Positions 53,565 through 62,849 of a stretch of 64,000 bases of DNA are shown piece by piece. The stretch spans positions 30,638-94,637 of the forward strand of contig CAZXFW010000010.1 in NCBI GenBank assembly GCA_964640175.1. The letters run 5' to 3'. The notes below the pieces were generated by a model. The model saw nothing but the letters and a program-made list of their open reading frames with translations, did not search any database and was not told the DNA's origin. Source of the DNA: an uncultured Polyangiales bacterium (GTDB lineage Bacteria; Myxococcota_A; Polyangia; Polyangiales; GCA-016699535). Every line of letters begins with the position of its first letter. Positions within the stretch are counted from its first letter, which is position 1. The position numbers were made by a program, and so were the translations under genes.

Positions 53565-54686
53565 ATGGATCCTCAAGACGCAGTAGTTCACTTTTTGGGA
53601 AGCATAGCCCCGGCATCCGAGGCGGAGTTTTACCTCAACCTGTTCCGGGCGCAGGCGCGGGAAAGCTTTGCGGTGATTGCTGTCCAACGGGGGATTGCCG
53701 AGCACGCGATGGATGCGGTTGCCGTGGATTTGCGTTGTCTGGCTGTGATGGGGCTGACACCGGTGGTGCTCCTTGGCGTGGATAGCAGCAGTCATGCGCA
53801 ACAGGGCGCCGAGCATTTGGTCCAACTGCTGACGGATTCAGGAGTGCAGGCGGCGCATGCGTCTCCTTTAGTCACTGACATACGTCAACTTGCGTCGTCG
53901 GCAACGATTCCGGTGGTGGTGCTACCTTCGACGAAGAGTCACGTTGAGTTTCTAGCGGAGCTTTTGGGGAGCCTAAGTTCGAAGAAACTGGTGTTCTTGC
54001 ATCGTCGTGGCGGATTGCGACGTAACCGGCATCGCCTTGATGTGATTAACCTCAGTGCGGACTTTAGTGATGTGATGGCGTGTAAGGACATCACCAAAGA
54101 ACAGCGGGCGATGATCGAGCTTTCCAAGGAGCTAATCTGGCGTAACGAATCCGAACGGCTGCTTGTAGCCATCACGGCACCTTGGGATCTGTTACGGGAA
54201 TTGTTTTCTGTGAAAGGGGCGGGTACGTTGCTTCGCCGTGGCAGCATTGTTGAGCGACACGTGGCGTTAACCAACATAGACAACGCGCGGTTGACAGCAT
54301 TGCTCGAAGCAAGTTTTGGACGCAAGATTAAGACTGGCATGCTTAATCGACCGATCAGCGAGGTTTATCTCGAACAAGCGTATCGAGGCGTGGCGATGAT
54401 CGTGAATACGCCGCTCGGCGTTTATCTCACGAAGTTTGCAGTGACCAAGGACGCCCAAGGTGAAGGTATCGGTGGTGACTTATGGGCCGCGCTTATTGCA
54501 GATCATCCACAGCTCTTTTGGCGCGCACGCAGCGATAATCCTATTTTACCGTGGTACGTCAAACAATGCACCGGGATGCACCATCACGGTGACTGGTATG
54601 TGTTTTGGCGAGGAATTGATCCGTCTGCTGTGTCCGAGGTGGTGGAGTATTGCGTGACACAGCCAGTCGATCTCGAAGGGCCTTAA
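53565..54686 (+). CDS. N-acetylglutamate synthase of the NAGS/K (AAK + DUF619 GNAT) type with degenerate kinase domain
   Basis: EAEFYLNLF...FAVI, GLTPVV, LLRELFSVKGAGTLLRRG, YLTKFAV...AQGEGIG, LFWRARSDNP; start taken at ATG 53565. Confidence 0.8.
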   Translation: MDPQDAVVHFLGSIAPASEAEFYLNLFRAQARESFAVIAVQRGIAEHAMDAVAVDLRCLAVMGLTPVVLLGVDSSSHAQQGAEHLVQLLTDSGVQAAHASPLVTDIRQLASSATIPVVVLPSTKSHVEFLAELLGSLSSKKLVFLHRRGGLRRNRHRLDVINLSADFSDVMACKDITKEQRAMIELSKELIWRNESERLLVAITAPWDLLRELFSVKGAGTLLRRGSIVERHVALTNIDNARLTALLEASFGRKIKTGMLNRPISEVYLEQAYRGVAMIVNTPLGVYLTKFAVTKDAQGEGIGGDLWAALIADHPQLFWRARSDNPILPWYVKQCTGMHHHGDWYVFWRGIDPSAVSEVVEYCVTQPVDLEGP

Positions 54687-54880
54687 CAACATCACCGCTC
54701 AGTGGCGGTGTAGCATCTCTTGAATCCAAAGTTTCCCGTAGAAACGGGTATAATACAGCTCAGGATGTAGTATAGTACAACACACAATGCTACAGAATTT
54801 AGCGGTAGTTGTACTCTTTCATGGTTTCTGTTGCATAATTGGGGCAAGCCGACTCTTGTGTGGGGGGTAAGGTGCGGACG

Positions 54881-55924
54881 ATGCGATGGTGGTGGGCAAC
54901 AAACAAAGACATGTGGATCGGTTTGATCTGCATTGCAGTGATGGCTTTAAGCATAGTGCCGTATTCCGCCTATGCACAGGATGACGACGGCACGACAAAG
55001 CAAGAAAATCGGGAAGCAGCCGCTGCAGCGTATGATCGTGGAACCAAGGCTTACGTCGCGGGAGATTATGCGCGTGCTGCACGTTTTTATGAAACGGCGT
55101 TCCGGTTAGCGCCTGCGGCTCCTGCGTTGATTCAAGCGGTGAAAGCCTATCAGCAGGCAGGCGATGATCGACGTGCAGGCACGGCTGCGTTGGCTTTGCA
55201 AGAAGAATATGGCGTCAGCCAGATGGCCGAACACACCACTCAGGCTTTGGAGAAAGCAAGAGCTCAATATTTTCGTGTGGATATTGTGTGCGAGAACTGC
55301 AAGCTGGAAATCGAAGGAGAGCGCCAAGAGTTTCTTTCTGTTTTTCTAGAGCCTGACAAAACGCACACCATTACTGCGGTGTTTGAGTCTGGGCCTACAT
55401 CAAAGTCTGTCAAAGGGGCGGCTGGAGAACAAAAGATGGTGGCGCTTATCGCGCCTCGCCCCGGTGAAGGCGATGTGACCGTGACAGAAAAAGAGCCCGA
55501 GGCTAACGCCAATGAAAAGGCTTCAGAGGCTTCTCGGGAGGATTCTAAAACGACGTCTGCAGAAACGAGCGGCTCCGAAGGATTGTCTCCAGTGTTTTTC
55601 TGGACTGGCGTGGGGCTGACTGCGGTGGTGACTGGGGTGACCATTTGGTCCGGGCTGGACACGCAATCAGCGGCCGATACATACGAGAAAAATCCTACCC
55701 AAAAAGGGCTCGACGATGGTCGTAGTTTGGAGTTACGTACCGACATATTAATTGGTGTGAGTGCGGCGTTGGCGGTTGGGACAGCTGTGGTGGGGATTTT
55801 CTTTACGGACTGGAATGGAAGTGAAGCAAAGTCCAGCCAAACTGCGGCCAGGTCGCCACAGTTCAGGGTTGCAGCGACATGGGTTCCTGGCGGTGGAGTC
55901 GCCATGGTGCGGGGGCAGTTTTGA
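54881..55924 (+). CDS. Exported TPR protein with PEGA-like region and C-terminal hydrophobic segments
   Basis: Signal AYA; AYDRGTKAYVAGDYARAARFYETAFRL TPR; two TM-like helices near C-terminus. Confidence 0.75.
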   Translation: MRWWWATNKDMWIGLICIAVMALSIVPYSAYAQDDDGTTKQENREAAAAAYDRGTKAYVAGDYARAARFYETAFRLAPAAPALIQAVKAYQQAGDDRRAGTAALALQEEYGVSQMAEHTTQALEKARAQYFRVDIVCENCKLEIEGERQEFLSVFLEPDKTHTITAVFESGPTSKSVKGAAGEQKMVALIAPRPGEGDVTVTEKEPEANANEKASEASREDSKTTSAETSGSEGLSPVFFWTGVGLTAVVTGVTIWSGLDTQSAADTYEKNPTQKGLDDGRSLELRTDILIGVSAALAVGTAVVGIFFTDWNGSEAKSSQTAARSPQFRVAATWVPGGGVAMVRGQF

Positions 55925-57553
55925 ATGGGAGGTATGGCCGTTAGCTCGATTCCTTCGGACCGTAGAAAGGTAGCTGGTCAACGACTCGGTCGTTATGATG
56001 TGTTGTATCTTTTAGCTTCCGGAGGAATGGGCTCGGTATATGTTGGGCGCCAATCCGGCATGGCGGGGTTTGAGCGTCTTGTCGCCATTAAGACCTTACA
56101 TCCACACCTTGCCGAAGAAGATCAATTCGTCAATATGTTTTTGGACGAAGCACGGTTGGCAGCGCGCATTCGCCATCCGAATGTGGTTGCTACGCTCGAT
56201 ATTTCTGAGTCTCCGATGGATGGCTATTTTCTCGTCATGGAATATGTGGAGGGCGAGAACTTAGCGGCATTACTTAAGCGCAGTGTGTCTTCAGGCACTC
56301 AGCTTCCAGTAACGATTGCACTACGCATTGTGTTGGACGCTTTGCAGGGGTTGGCAGCGGCACACGGGTTGACGGAGAGGGATGGTAGACGTCTCAATCT
56401 GGTACACCGGGATGTATCTCCTCAAAATGTGCTTGTCGGTGCCGATGGGATTTCACGCCTTACAGATTTTGGTATCGCCAAGGCTGAAGTTAACGTTTCC
56501 ACGACGCGTCATGGTCAGCTCAAGGGCAAGTTGTCGTATATGGCGCCTGAGCAAGCCACTCATGGCAAGGTTGAACAGCGTTCAGACTTGTTTTCGATGG
56601 GAATTGTGCTGTGGGAAGCCTTGACTCAGAAGCGATTGTTTCGTGGGAAAACCAACGCAGAAACGTTGCACAAGGTGTTAATTTCAGAATCTCCACCACC
56701 CTCAAGTGTGCGTCGAGAGCTGGCCCCGTTCGATAAAATATTGGCGCGTGCGCTGGCAAAATCGATCGACGAGCGATTTCAAACTGCCCAGGAAATGATA
56801 GAGGCGATTGAATCGGTGGCTCCAAAAGTGGGAGGGATTGCTCCTGCCCGCGCAGTGAGTTTACTTGTACATCAGCTGAGTAAAGAAAAGCTTTTGCAAG
56901 AGTCGGCGGCTATCAATGATGCTCTGAAAGGCATTCCTCGCGACAACAGCATTGCCGTGGCGATTCCGATTGATATCGATGAGGACGAGCGGACTCCGAT
57001 TACGGACGCGCCTGGCGAATTGCGAGCAAGCGATAGCTTCCCGGCGGGCAGTCTGTGGCGTTCCAAGCGGCTTCTTTGGATGGGCGGGACTGCGGCGATA
57101 GGTATCGTGATGATGGGTGTCGGTGTGTGGTGGTTTGGAAGGACCCATGCCATGGAACAGCCTGCCACATCGTTAGGGACAACGACCAAGGCGTTGCCAG
57201 TTTCCCCTGCTATGCCATCAACGTCGGTGCGTTCAGCGATACCTGCTGCACCATTGCCTGAGCCGCCAACACACGCGGTTCCTTCAGGGGCAGAAAAATC
57301 TACGGAGAAATCTCCAGGTTCACATGAGGAGGGTGATCCGCACGAGGACCAGAAGGCCTCGACAGCTTCTATGCCTGAGTCCGAACCGGAGCCTTCTCTT
57401 GAGCAGGATTCCTCCTCCAAGGATGCAGTGTTACGACCAAAGCGGGTGGTGCGTCGATCTGCTTCCAAACGGAAACAATCCTCAACCAGTACTTCTGCGC
57501 CGAGTGCACCCGCTTCAAAGCCACAGGAAGTGTTAACTAACCCGTATCGATAG
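55925..57553 (+). CDS. Membrane Ser/Thr protein kinase
   Basis: ASGGMGSVY, VAIK, HRDVSPQN, DFGIAK, GKLSYMAPEQ; TM; Pro/Ser-rich tail ending NPYR. Confidence 0.95.
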   Translation: MGGMAVSSIPSDRRKVAGQRLGRYDVLYLLASGGMGSVYVGRQSGMAGFERLVAIKTLHPHLAEEDQFVNMFLDEARLAARIRHPNVVATLDISESPMDGYFLVMEYVEGENLAALLKRSVSSGTQLPVTIALRIVLDALQGLAAAHGLTERDGRRLNLVHRDVSPQNVLVGADGISRLTDFGIAKAEVNVSTTRHGQLKGKLSYMAPEQATHGKVEQRSDLFSMGIVLWEALTQKRLFRGKTNAETLHKVLISESPPPSSVRRELAPFDKILARALAKSIDERFQTAQEMIEAIESVAPKVGGIAPARAVSLLVHQLSKEKLLQESAAINDALKGIPRDNSIAVAIPIDIDEDERTPITDAPGELRASDSFPAGSLWRSKRLLWMGGTAAIGIVMMGVGVWWFGRTHAMEQPATSLGTTTKALPVSPAMPSTSVRSAIPAAPLPEPPTHAVPSGAEKSTEKSPGSHEEGDPHEDQKASTASMPESEPEPSLEQDSSSKDAVLRPKRVVRRSASKRKQSSTSTSAPSAPASKPQEVLTNPYR

Positions 57554-57555
57554 TT

Positions 57556-58368
57556 TTGCTTGTGTATCGTATCGAGTATTGGATGTTCCAAAGATTACGT
57601 TATTCAAAAACCGTAGGCGCCCTGTTGTTTGGTGTGTTGGTAGTTGGTTTAGGAGGATGCAAGCAAGCGACAGCAGCATACGATAGATTGGCAGGCACAA
57701 ACGCTCCTGTTATCCAACCTTCTTCGGTAGATAAAGAGGTACGAACGGCCATCTACAGTTATGTCAACGACGAAGGTCGTACCGTGTATGTCGACCATCC
57801 CGATAAGATCCCGGCCAAGTTTCGAAACAAGCACGAAACGCTCAATGTGTCTCATGTCTCGCTTAACAACGAGGTTGCTCGCGATCTGGAACGCCAAGTG
57901 CTCCAAGAGCACAAAGAACTTGCGGCTTCACCATTCTGCGGGGAAGCGCAGTACCGCGCCAAGCAGCCTTGGTGGAAGCAGATGTGGCATTCAAGTGGGT
58001 ATCTCTTGCTGATTGCTTTTGCGGGGATCTTTATCTTGGGGCTAACGCCGATAGCAATTCAAAGTTTTGATCCATCGATATGGACCCGTTTTATGACCGT
58101 GGCGTTTCCTTCCTTACTTGTCATTGGCGTGTTGACCTATAGCGTGGTTGAAACTTCACGGGTGAAAGAGGAAGTCACATTGACGGCATCGTTATGTGAT
58201 CCTGGACACATTAAGACAGGCGATCAGGAAAGCACACAATCACGTATTAAGGTTGTCCAGATGCTTCGCACAATGATGCAGGAGTCTGAAAAGCGCCGAT
58301 CTGCCATACTGAAAGAGGCATTTCGGGACACCCGGTTAGTACAGGAAGAAGCCCCTCTAACGGAGTAG
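57556..58368 (+). CDS. Membrane/lipoprotein with DUF4124-like segment
   Basis: LGGC lipobox-like, YSYVNDEGRTVYVDHP, two TM helices. Confidence 0.65.
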   Translation: MLVYRIEYWMFQRLRYSKTVGALLFGVLVVGLGGCKQATAAYDRLAGTNAPVIQPSSVDKEVRTAIYSYVNDEGRTVYVDHPDKIPAKFRNKHETLNVSHVSLNNEVARDLERQVLQEHKELAASPFCGEAQYRAKQPWWKQMWHSSGYLLLIAFAGIFILGLTPIAIQSFDPSIWTRFMTVAFPSLLVIGVLTYSVVETSRVKEEVTLTASLCDPGHIKTGDQESTQSRIKVVQMLRTMMQESEKRRSAILKEAFRDTRLVQEEAPLTE

Positions 58369-58412
58369 TGGGGCGCGGGATGTTGGCTCCAGGAAAAGGT
58401 GCACCGAGGGAT

Positions 58413-58943
58413 TTACAGGGTGGCTTGCCCGGGTTTCCATTCCACGGGGCACAACTCACCCGTTTGCAACGCAGACAGGGTGCGCAGCACTTCATCAACG
58501 CTTCGACCTACAGAAAGATCGTTGACACTTACAAAGCGTATGACGTTTTCCGGATCTACGATAAACGTTGCACGCAGAGCCACCCCGGTTTGTTTATGTA
58601 AAATGCCAAGAGCGGTGGAAAGCTCACGCTTGGTATCCGCGAGCATGGGAAAGGGGAGCGACTTGAGATCCGCATGATCCTTACGCCATGCCAGATGGAC
58701 GTAGTGGGTATCTGTGCTTGCACCTAACACAACAGCATTCTTTTCCTGGAATTCTTTTTCTTTGGTTCCAAACGCAGCAATTTCGGTGGGGCAGATAAAC
58801 GTGAAATCCATGGGCCAAAAGAACACGACTTTCCATTTTTTCGAAAAGCTGTCCTGAGTGATTTCTTGGAATTCTTTACCGGGTTCAAGGCGGACGCATG
58901 CTTGAAGCTGAAAGTCTGGAAACGTATCTCCCACGGTGAGCAT
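58413..58943 (-). CDS. ahpC: Peroxiredoxin, AhpC type
   Basis: FFWPMDFTFICPTE, GASTD, GELCP. Confidence 0.92.
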   Translation of the reverse strand: MLTVGDTFPDFQLQACVRLEPGKEFQEITQDSFSKKWKVVFFWPMDFTFICPTEIAAFGTKEKEFQEKNAVVLGASTDTHYVHLAWRKDHADLKSLPFPMLADTKRELSTALGILHKQTGVALRATFIVDPENVIRFVSVNDLSVGRSVDEVLRTLSALQTGELCPVEWKPGQATL

Positions 58944-59180
58944 GGTTGGGACTCCTTCACTTAGTCAGATTGGATCGGGAGCTTAGCGGGCATGAAGACG
59001 AGACACAAGGATATAGTTAACTTAGTGATCTCAATATGTTACGGAAAGACGCTCTGCTGCCTTCATTATAAAGGGAGATGTGGGATGTCATCGGGTTTGG
59101 ACAAAAACGGCGAAAATGCTGGCTATCATGGCCGTTCCGCCTTATACGACGAGCCCAAAGAGTGGTTCTAAGGAGAAGCA

Positions 59181-59441
59181 GTGGCGAGACATCGACGCAG
59201 AGATGATTTTGAGCAAGAGGCAAGTGGCAGAGACGATCACGTTAAGCTTGAAGGCGTGATCACTAACGTCTTTGCAGGGGGACAGTTTGAAGTCACTACC
59301 GATGCCGGCGCAGTCGTGCGTGCCCAACTGTGTGGACGCATGCGCAAATTTCGTATCCGTGTGATCCTTGGAGATAGGGTGACGGTGGCGCTTTCTCCTT
59401 ACGACTTAAGCCACGGCATGATCACCTACCGTGCCAAGTAA
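59181..59441 (+). CDS. infA: Translation initiation factor IF-1
   Basis: LEGVI, CGRMRKFRIRVILGDRVTVALSPYDLSHGMITYR. Confidence 0.93.
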   Translation: MARHRRRDDFEQEASGRDDHVKLEGVITNVFAGGQFEVTTDAGAVVRAQLCGRMRKFRIRVILGDRVTVALSPYDLSHGMITYRAK

Positions 59442-59480
59442 ATTGGCGTTCTTGGCAAATGTGAATGGTGCCGAGTGCGC

Positions 59481-61097
59481 TTAGTGAGCCTTCAGGTAAT
59501 CCAGCGTCCAGTTTAAAACTTGGTGTGCTTTTTGAGATGCAGCAGTTTTTGCATGAGAGAGGCTGCCCTCGGAGTTTAAGGGTTCGCATATGTCGATATA
59601 AATCTTCATCTTGGGCTCTGTCCCGCTCGGGCGGAGCATGACGCGATGATGGCCTTTGAGTTCAAAGCCTATCACGTTGCTGCTAGGTAACTTTAAAGAA
59701 GAACGCATGCCATCGGCCAAGATGCGTGTTTGGTTTTCATAGTCGATCACCGCTTCGATGGGATGATGCGCCCATTCGGCAGGCGGATGTTTTCGAAGGT
59801 GGCTAAGCGTAGCGTCCATGGCCATGACCTCTTCGGGGCGGTGCATTTCGATAGAGCCCAATAGGCTTTGATACACGCCAAAGCGACGCCATAGGGATTC
59901 CAGTTGGGTGTACAAGGTTTGGCCGGAATGCTTGAGTTTTGAAGCCAGGCTCATTAACAGGATAGCTGCTGAGATGCCGTCTTTGTCAGCAACGGCATCA
60001 CTGACGGCATAGCCAAGGGCCTCTTCGTAGGCAAAGACAAACGTGTAGTGCTCTTTGTTGAGCTCGTGCGCTCGATTCATTAACCACTTGAATCCTGTCA
60101 ACGTGTGTTCCCACCGTGCTCCATACGCTTCAGCAATGCGGCCTAGTAGGGGAGAGCTTACAATGGTGGATAACACGAGCCGCTGCTCATCTGGCGAACT
60201 CAATGCAAGTAGGTAATCCCCAAGCAAAGCGCCAACCTCGTTGCCAGTTAAGAGATGCCATGCGCCTTGGGCATCGGGTGCTGCGACAGCCAGCCGGTCA
60301 GCGTCGGGATCGTGGGCAATGGCAAGATCGGCGTTTTCATGCTGTGCAAGCGAGAGAACCCGATCCATGGCGTGTGGTTCTTCAGGGTTGGGAAAGGCCA
60401 CCGTAGGGAAATCAGGATCTGGCTGTGCTTGTTCTGGGACGACCATGGCGGGGCGAAAGCCCACCGTGGCGAGCGCTTCTTTGAACAGGGCAGCGCCCAC
60501 ACCATGAAGCGGGGTATAGGCAACGCAAAGTGAAGCGGGTGCGCGTTCTTTAGGAAGCAAGCTTTGGATATAATCGAGGTAAGCTTTTCGGACGGACGTG
60601 TCCATGTTGGTGATCAAGCCTGCATCGCGGGCGTTTTTTGCGGAGGTGCGTGCTATGTGAGGCGGCAGGGCTGCCAACTCAGCCAGCATACGTTCATCGT
60701 GCGGAGGAAGGATTTGGGCGCCGTTTTCCCAATACAGCTTGTATCCATTGTATTGAGGTGGATTGTGACTCGCTGTGATCATGATTCCCGCGGCTGCGTG
60801 CGTATGTTTGACAGAAAAGGCGAGAAGGGGCGTAGGCACGACATCATTAAAAATATGGACATGAATGCCTTGAGCGGTAAGGACTTCGCACGCGATTTCA
60901 GCAAACTCGCGGCTGTGATGGCGCGCATCAAAACCAATGCACACACCTCGATGCGCCGCATCGGAAATGACCCGTGGTAAATAAAGGCAAAGTGCTGCGG
61001 TGATGCGTTCAACCACGCTGACATTGAACTGCCCTTCTTCAGGGCCCATGACACCGCGCACCCCGGCTGTGCCAAACACAAGAGCAGAAGCAGTCAT
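59481..61097 (-). CDS. Phosphoglucomutase/phosphomannomutase
   Basis: FGTAGVRG, ITASHNP, HDPDADRL, YEEALG, LRPSGTEPK. Confidence 0.95.
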   Translation of the reverse strand: MTASALVFGTAGVRGVMGPEEGQFNVSVVERITAALCLYLPRVISDAAHRGVCIGFDARHHSREFAEIACEVLTAQGIHVHIFNDVVPTPLLAFSVKHTHAAAGIMITASHNPPQYNGYKLYWENGAQILPPHDERMLAELAALPPHIARTSAKNARDAGLITNMDTSVRKAYLDYIQSLLPKERAPASLCVAYTPLHGVGAALFKEALATVGFRPAMVVPEQAQPDPDFPTVAFPNPEEPHAMDRVLSLAQHENADLAIAHDPDADRLAVAAPDAQGAWHLLTGNEVGALLGDYLLALSSPDEQRLVLSTIVSSPLLGRIAEAYGARWEHTLTGFKWLMNRAHELNKEHYTFVFAYEEALGYAVSDAVADKDGISAAILLMSLASKLKHSGQTLYTQLESLWRRFGVYQSLLGSIEMHRPEEVMAMDATLSHLRKHPPAEWAHHPIEAVIDYENQTRILADGMRSSLKLPSSNVIGFELKGHHRVMLRPSGTEPKMKIYIDICEPLNSEGSLSHAKTAASQKAHQVLNWTLDYLKAH

Positions 61098-61939
61098 AAT
61101 TTCATCTGAAGCAACATGGCACGGTAACCATCCCGAAAACTCGGGTACCGTAGGGTGTAGCCGGTTTCAAGCAGCTTGTCATTGCAACAACGCTTATTGG
61201 TGTTACGTGCAGAGGAAGTGCTTGGTAGTGCTTGAGGCGAAGAGGCATTGAGTTGGGCGGCTAACCATGTGAGCACGGTTTTGAGATCGGTGGGATCAGA
61301 ATCCACGCCGATGTAGAGGCTGTCTGGGTTGCGTAAGCCCATCAAGTGATGCAGCGCACCTGCACAGTCGTCACGATGGATGCGATTGGTATACTGCACC
61401 ATGTCAGTGGGATACGTGGCTTTGCCTTCGCGCACCTTGGTTAACAAACGTGTGCGAGTTGGCCCGTAGATGCCACCTGCGCGTAGGATGGTGTAGGGCA
61501 AGCCTGAAGCCCTTAGCAAGGCTTCGCTTTGTAGGAGGATTTGTCCGCTTGATTGTGTGGGTGTGGTATCTGAAGTTTCATCGACCCATTCACCTTGGGA
61601 TTGTCCATACACTGAGGTGCTGGAGATCATGAAGACTCGTCGAGGCAGATGACGGCTGTGTTCGAGGGCGGCCAGCGTGTATTCAAGGCCTCGAAGATAA
61701 ATCGCGGCGTAGGACTCGTTGTCACTTCGGTCGGGCGCTGCGGCAAACACGACGATGTCTGTCTGAGGAAGCCTGCTTAAGGTGCGTGGTACTGTAAGAT
61801 CGGCTTCTACGGGTTTAAAGGCCACGGGGAGCTTGGAAACGTCCCTTCGAAGTCCCCAGACCACGTGTTGCTCTGCTGCCAAGCGTAATCCCAAGGCGGT
61901 GCCCACATAGCCGCAGCCGACAATCAAGACATGTGCCAT
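61094..61939 (-). CDS. NAD(P)-binding atypical SDR (YeeZ-like)
   Basis: IVGCGYVG, ISSTSVYG, GIYGPTR, NRIHRDD, YPSFRDG. Confidence 0.88.
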   Translation of the reverse strand: MAHVLIVGCGYVGTALGLRLAAEQHVVWGLRRDVSKLPVAFKPVEADLTVPRTLSRLPQTDIVVFAAAPDRSDNESYAAIYLRGLEYTLAALEHSRHLPRRVFMISSTSVYGQSQGEWVDETSDTTPTQSSGQILLQSEALLRASGLPYTILRAGGIYGPTRTRLLTKVREGKATYPTDMVQYTNRIHRDDCAGALHHLMGLRNPDSLYIGVDSDPTDLKTVLTWLAAQLNASSPQALPSTSSARNTNKRCCNDKLLETGYTLRYPSFRDGYRAMLLQMKL

Positions 61940-61969
61940 AGAACGTCAATCCAATGTAAGCTGGCGTCC

Positions 61970-62800
61970 ATGCAGGCACAAGCACGATTAAAAGGTAAAG
62001 TGGCTATTGTGACAGGCGCAAGCCGTGGAATTGGCCGTGCGGTTGCGCTGACGTTTGCGCGGCATGGCGCTGATGTGGTGATTGCCGCCAAGAGTGAGAC
62101 TGAAACCGCTGCGCTGGAGGGCACCATTTACACTGTGGCCAAGGAAGTGGACGCGCTTGGGGCTCGTGCTTTACCCGTGCGTGTGGATGTACGCCAGGAT
62201 GCCGATATCCAAGCCATGGTGGATAAAACCATGGCTACGTTTGGCCGAGTGGATATATTGATCAACAACGCAGGCGCGCTGTGGTGGCGCGACGTCCAAG
62301 AGACCCCCATGAAGCGGTTTGATTTGGTGATGGGTGTCAACGTGAGAGCGGCGTTTGCATGCACGCAAGCGTGCTTGCCCCACCTAAAAGCGCATGGCGC
62401 AGGTCATGTGCTGATGTATTCTCCTCCTGTGGATTTAAAGGCTTTGCGGGGCAAGGTTGCGTATTTGATCAGTAAATACGGCATGACGATGCTGGCGCAT
62501 GGTTTGGCAGAGGAAATGGCAGGCAAAGGCGTAGCCGTTAACGCACTCTGGCCCGTGACGGCGATTGAAAGCCAAGCCACAAAGCATTTTCAATTGGGAG
62601 AGCCTTCCACCTGGCGCAAACCAGAGATTTTGGCGGATGCAACCTTGGAGATTGTGACGACTTCTCCTTCAGAGCTCAGTGGTCAAGCGCTTTTGGATGA
62701 AGACTTTTTGAGACAACGGGGCTGGACTGACTTCAGCGCTTACCGATGTGATCCCAATCACGAACCGCCTCGCGTCCATTTGCGGGATCTGCAGCACTAA
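61970..62800 (+). CDS. SDR oxidoreductase (HSDL2-like, no SCP2 domain)
   Basis: TGASRGIG, LINNAG, MKRFDLVMGVN, YLISK, ALWP; start taken at ATG 61970. Confidence 0.88.
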   Translation: MQAQARLKGKVAIVTGASRGIGRAVALTFARHGADVVIAAKSETETAALEGTIYTVAKEVDALGARALPVRVDVRQDADIQAMVDKTMATFGRVDILINNAGALWWRDVQETPMKRFDLVMGVNVRAAFACTQACLPHLKAHGAGHVLMYSPPVDLKALRGKVAYLISKYGMTMLAHGLAEEMAGKGVAVNALWPVTAIESQATKHFQLGEPSTWRKPEILADATLEIVTTSPSELSGQALLDEDFLRQRGWTDFSAYRCDPNHEPPRVHLRDLQH

Positions 62801-62849
62801 TGCCATGTGTTGAGTGGTGATGTTTGATCGGGCTGGCGTTGGTGTGATC

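Noticed and set aside
54774-54814. AGTACAAC...GTTGTACT inverted repeat after a TATAAT at 54749
   Set aside because: Short stems and no good -35; insufficient to call an sRNA or operator.
58944-59180. Possible OxyR/LysR site between ahpC and infA
   Set aside because: Only a weak ATAG-spaced pattern; not distinguishable from chance.
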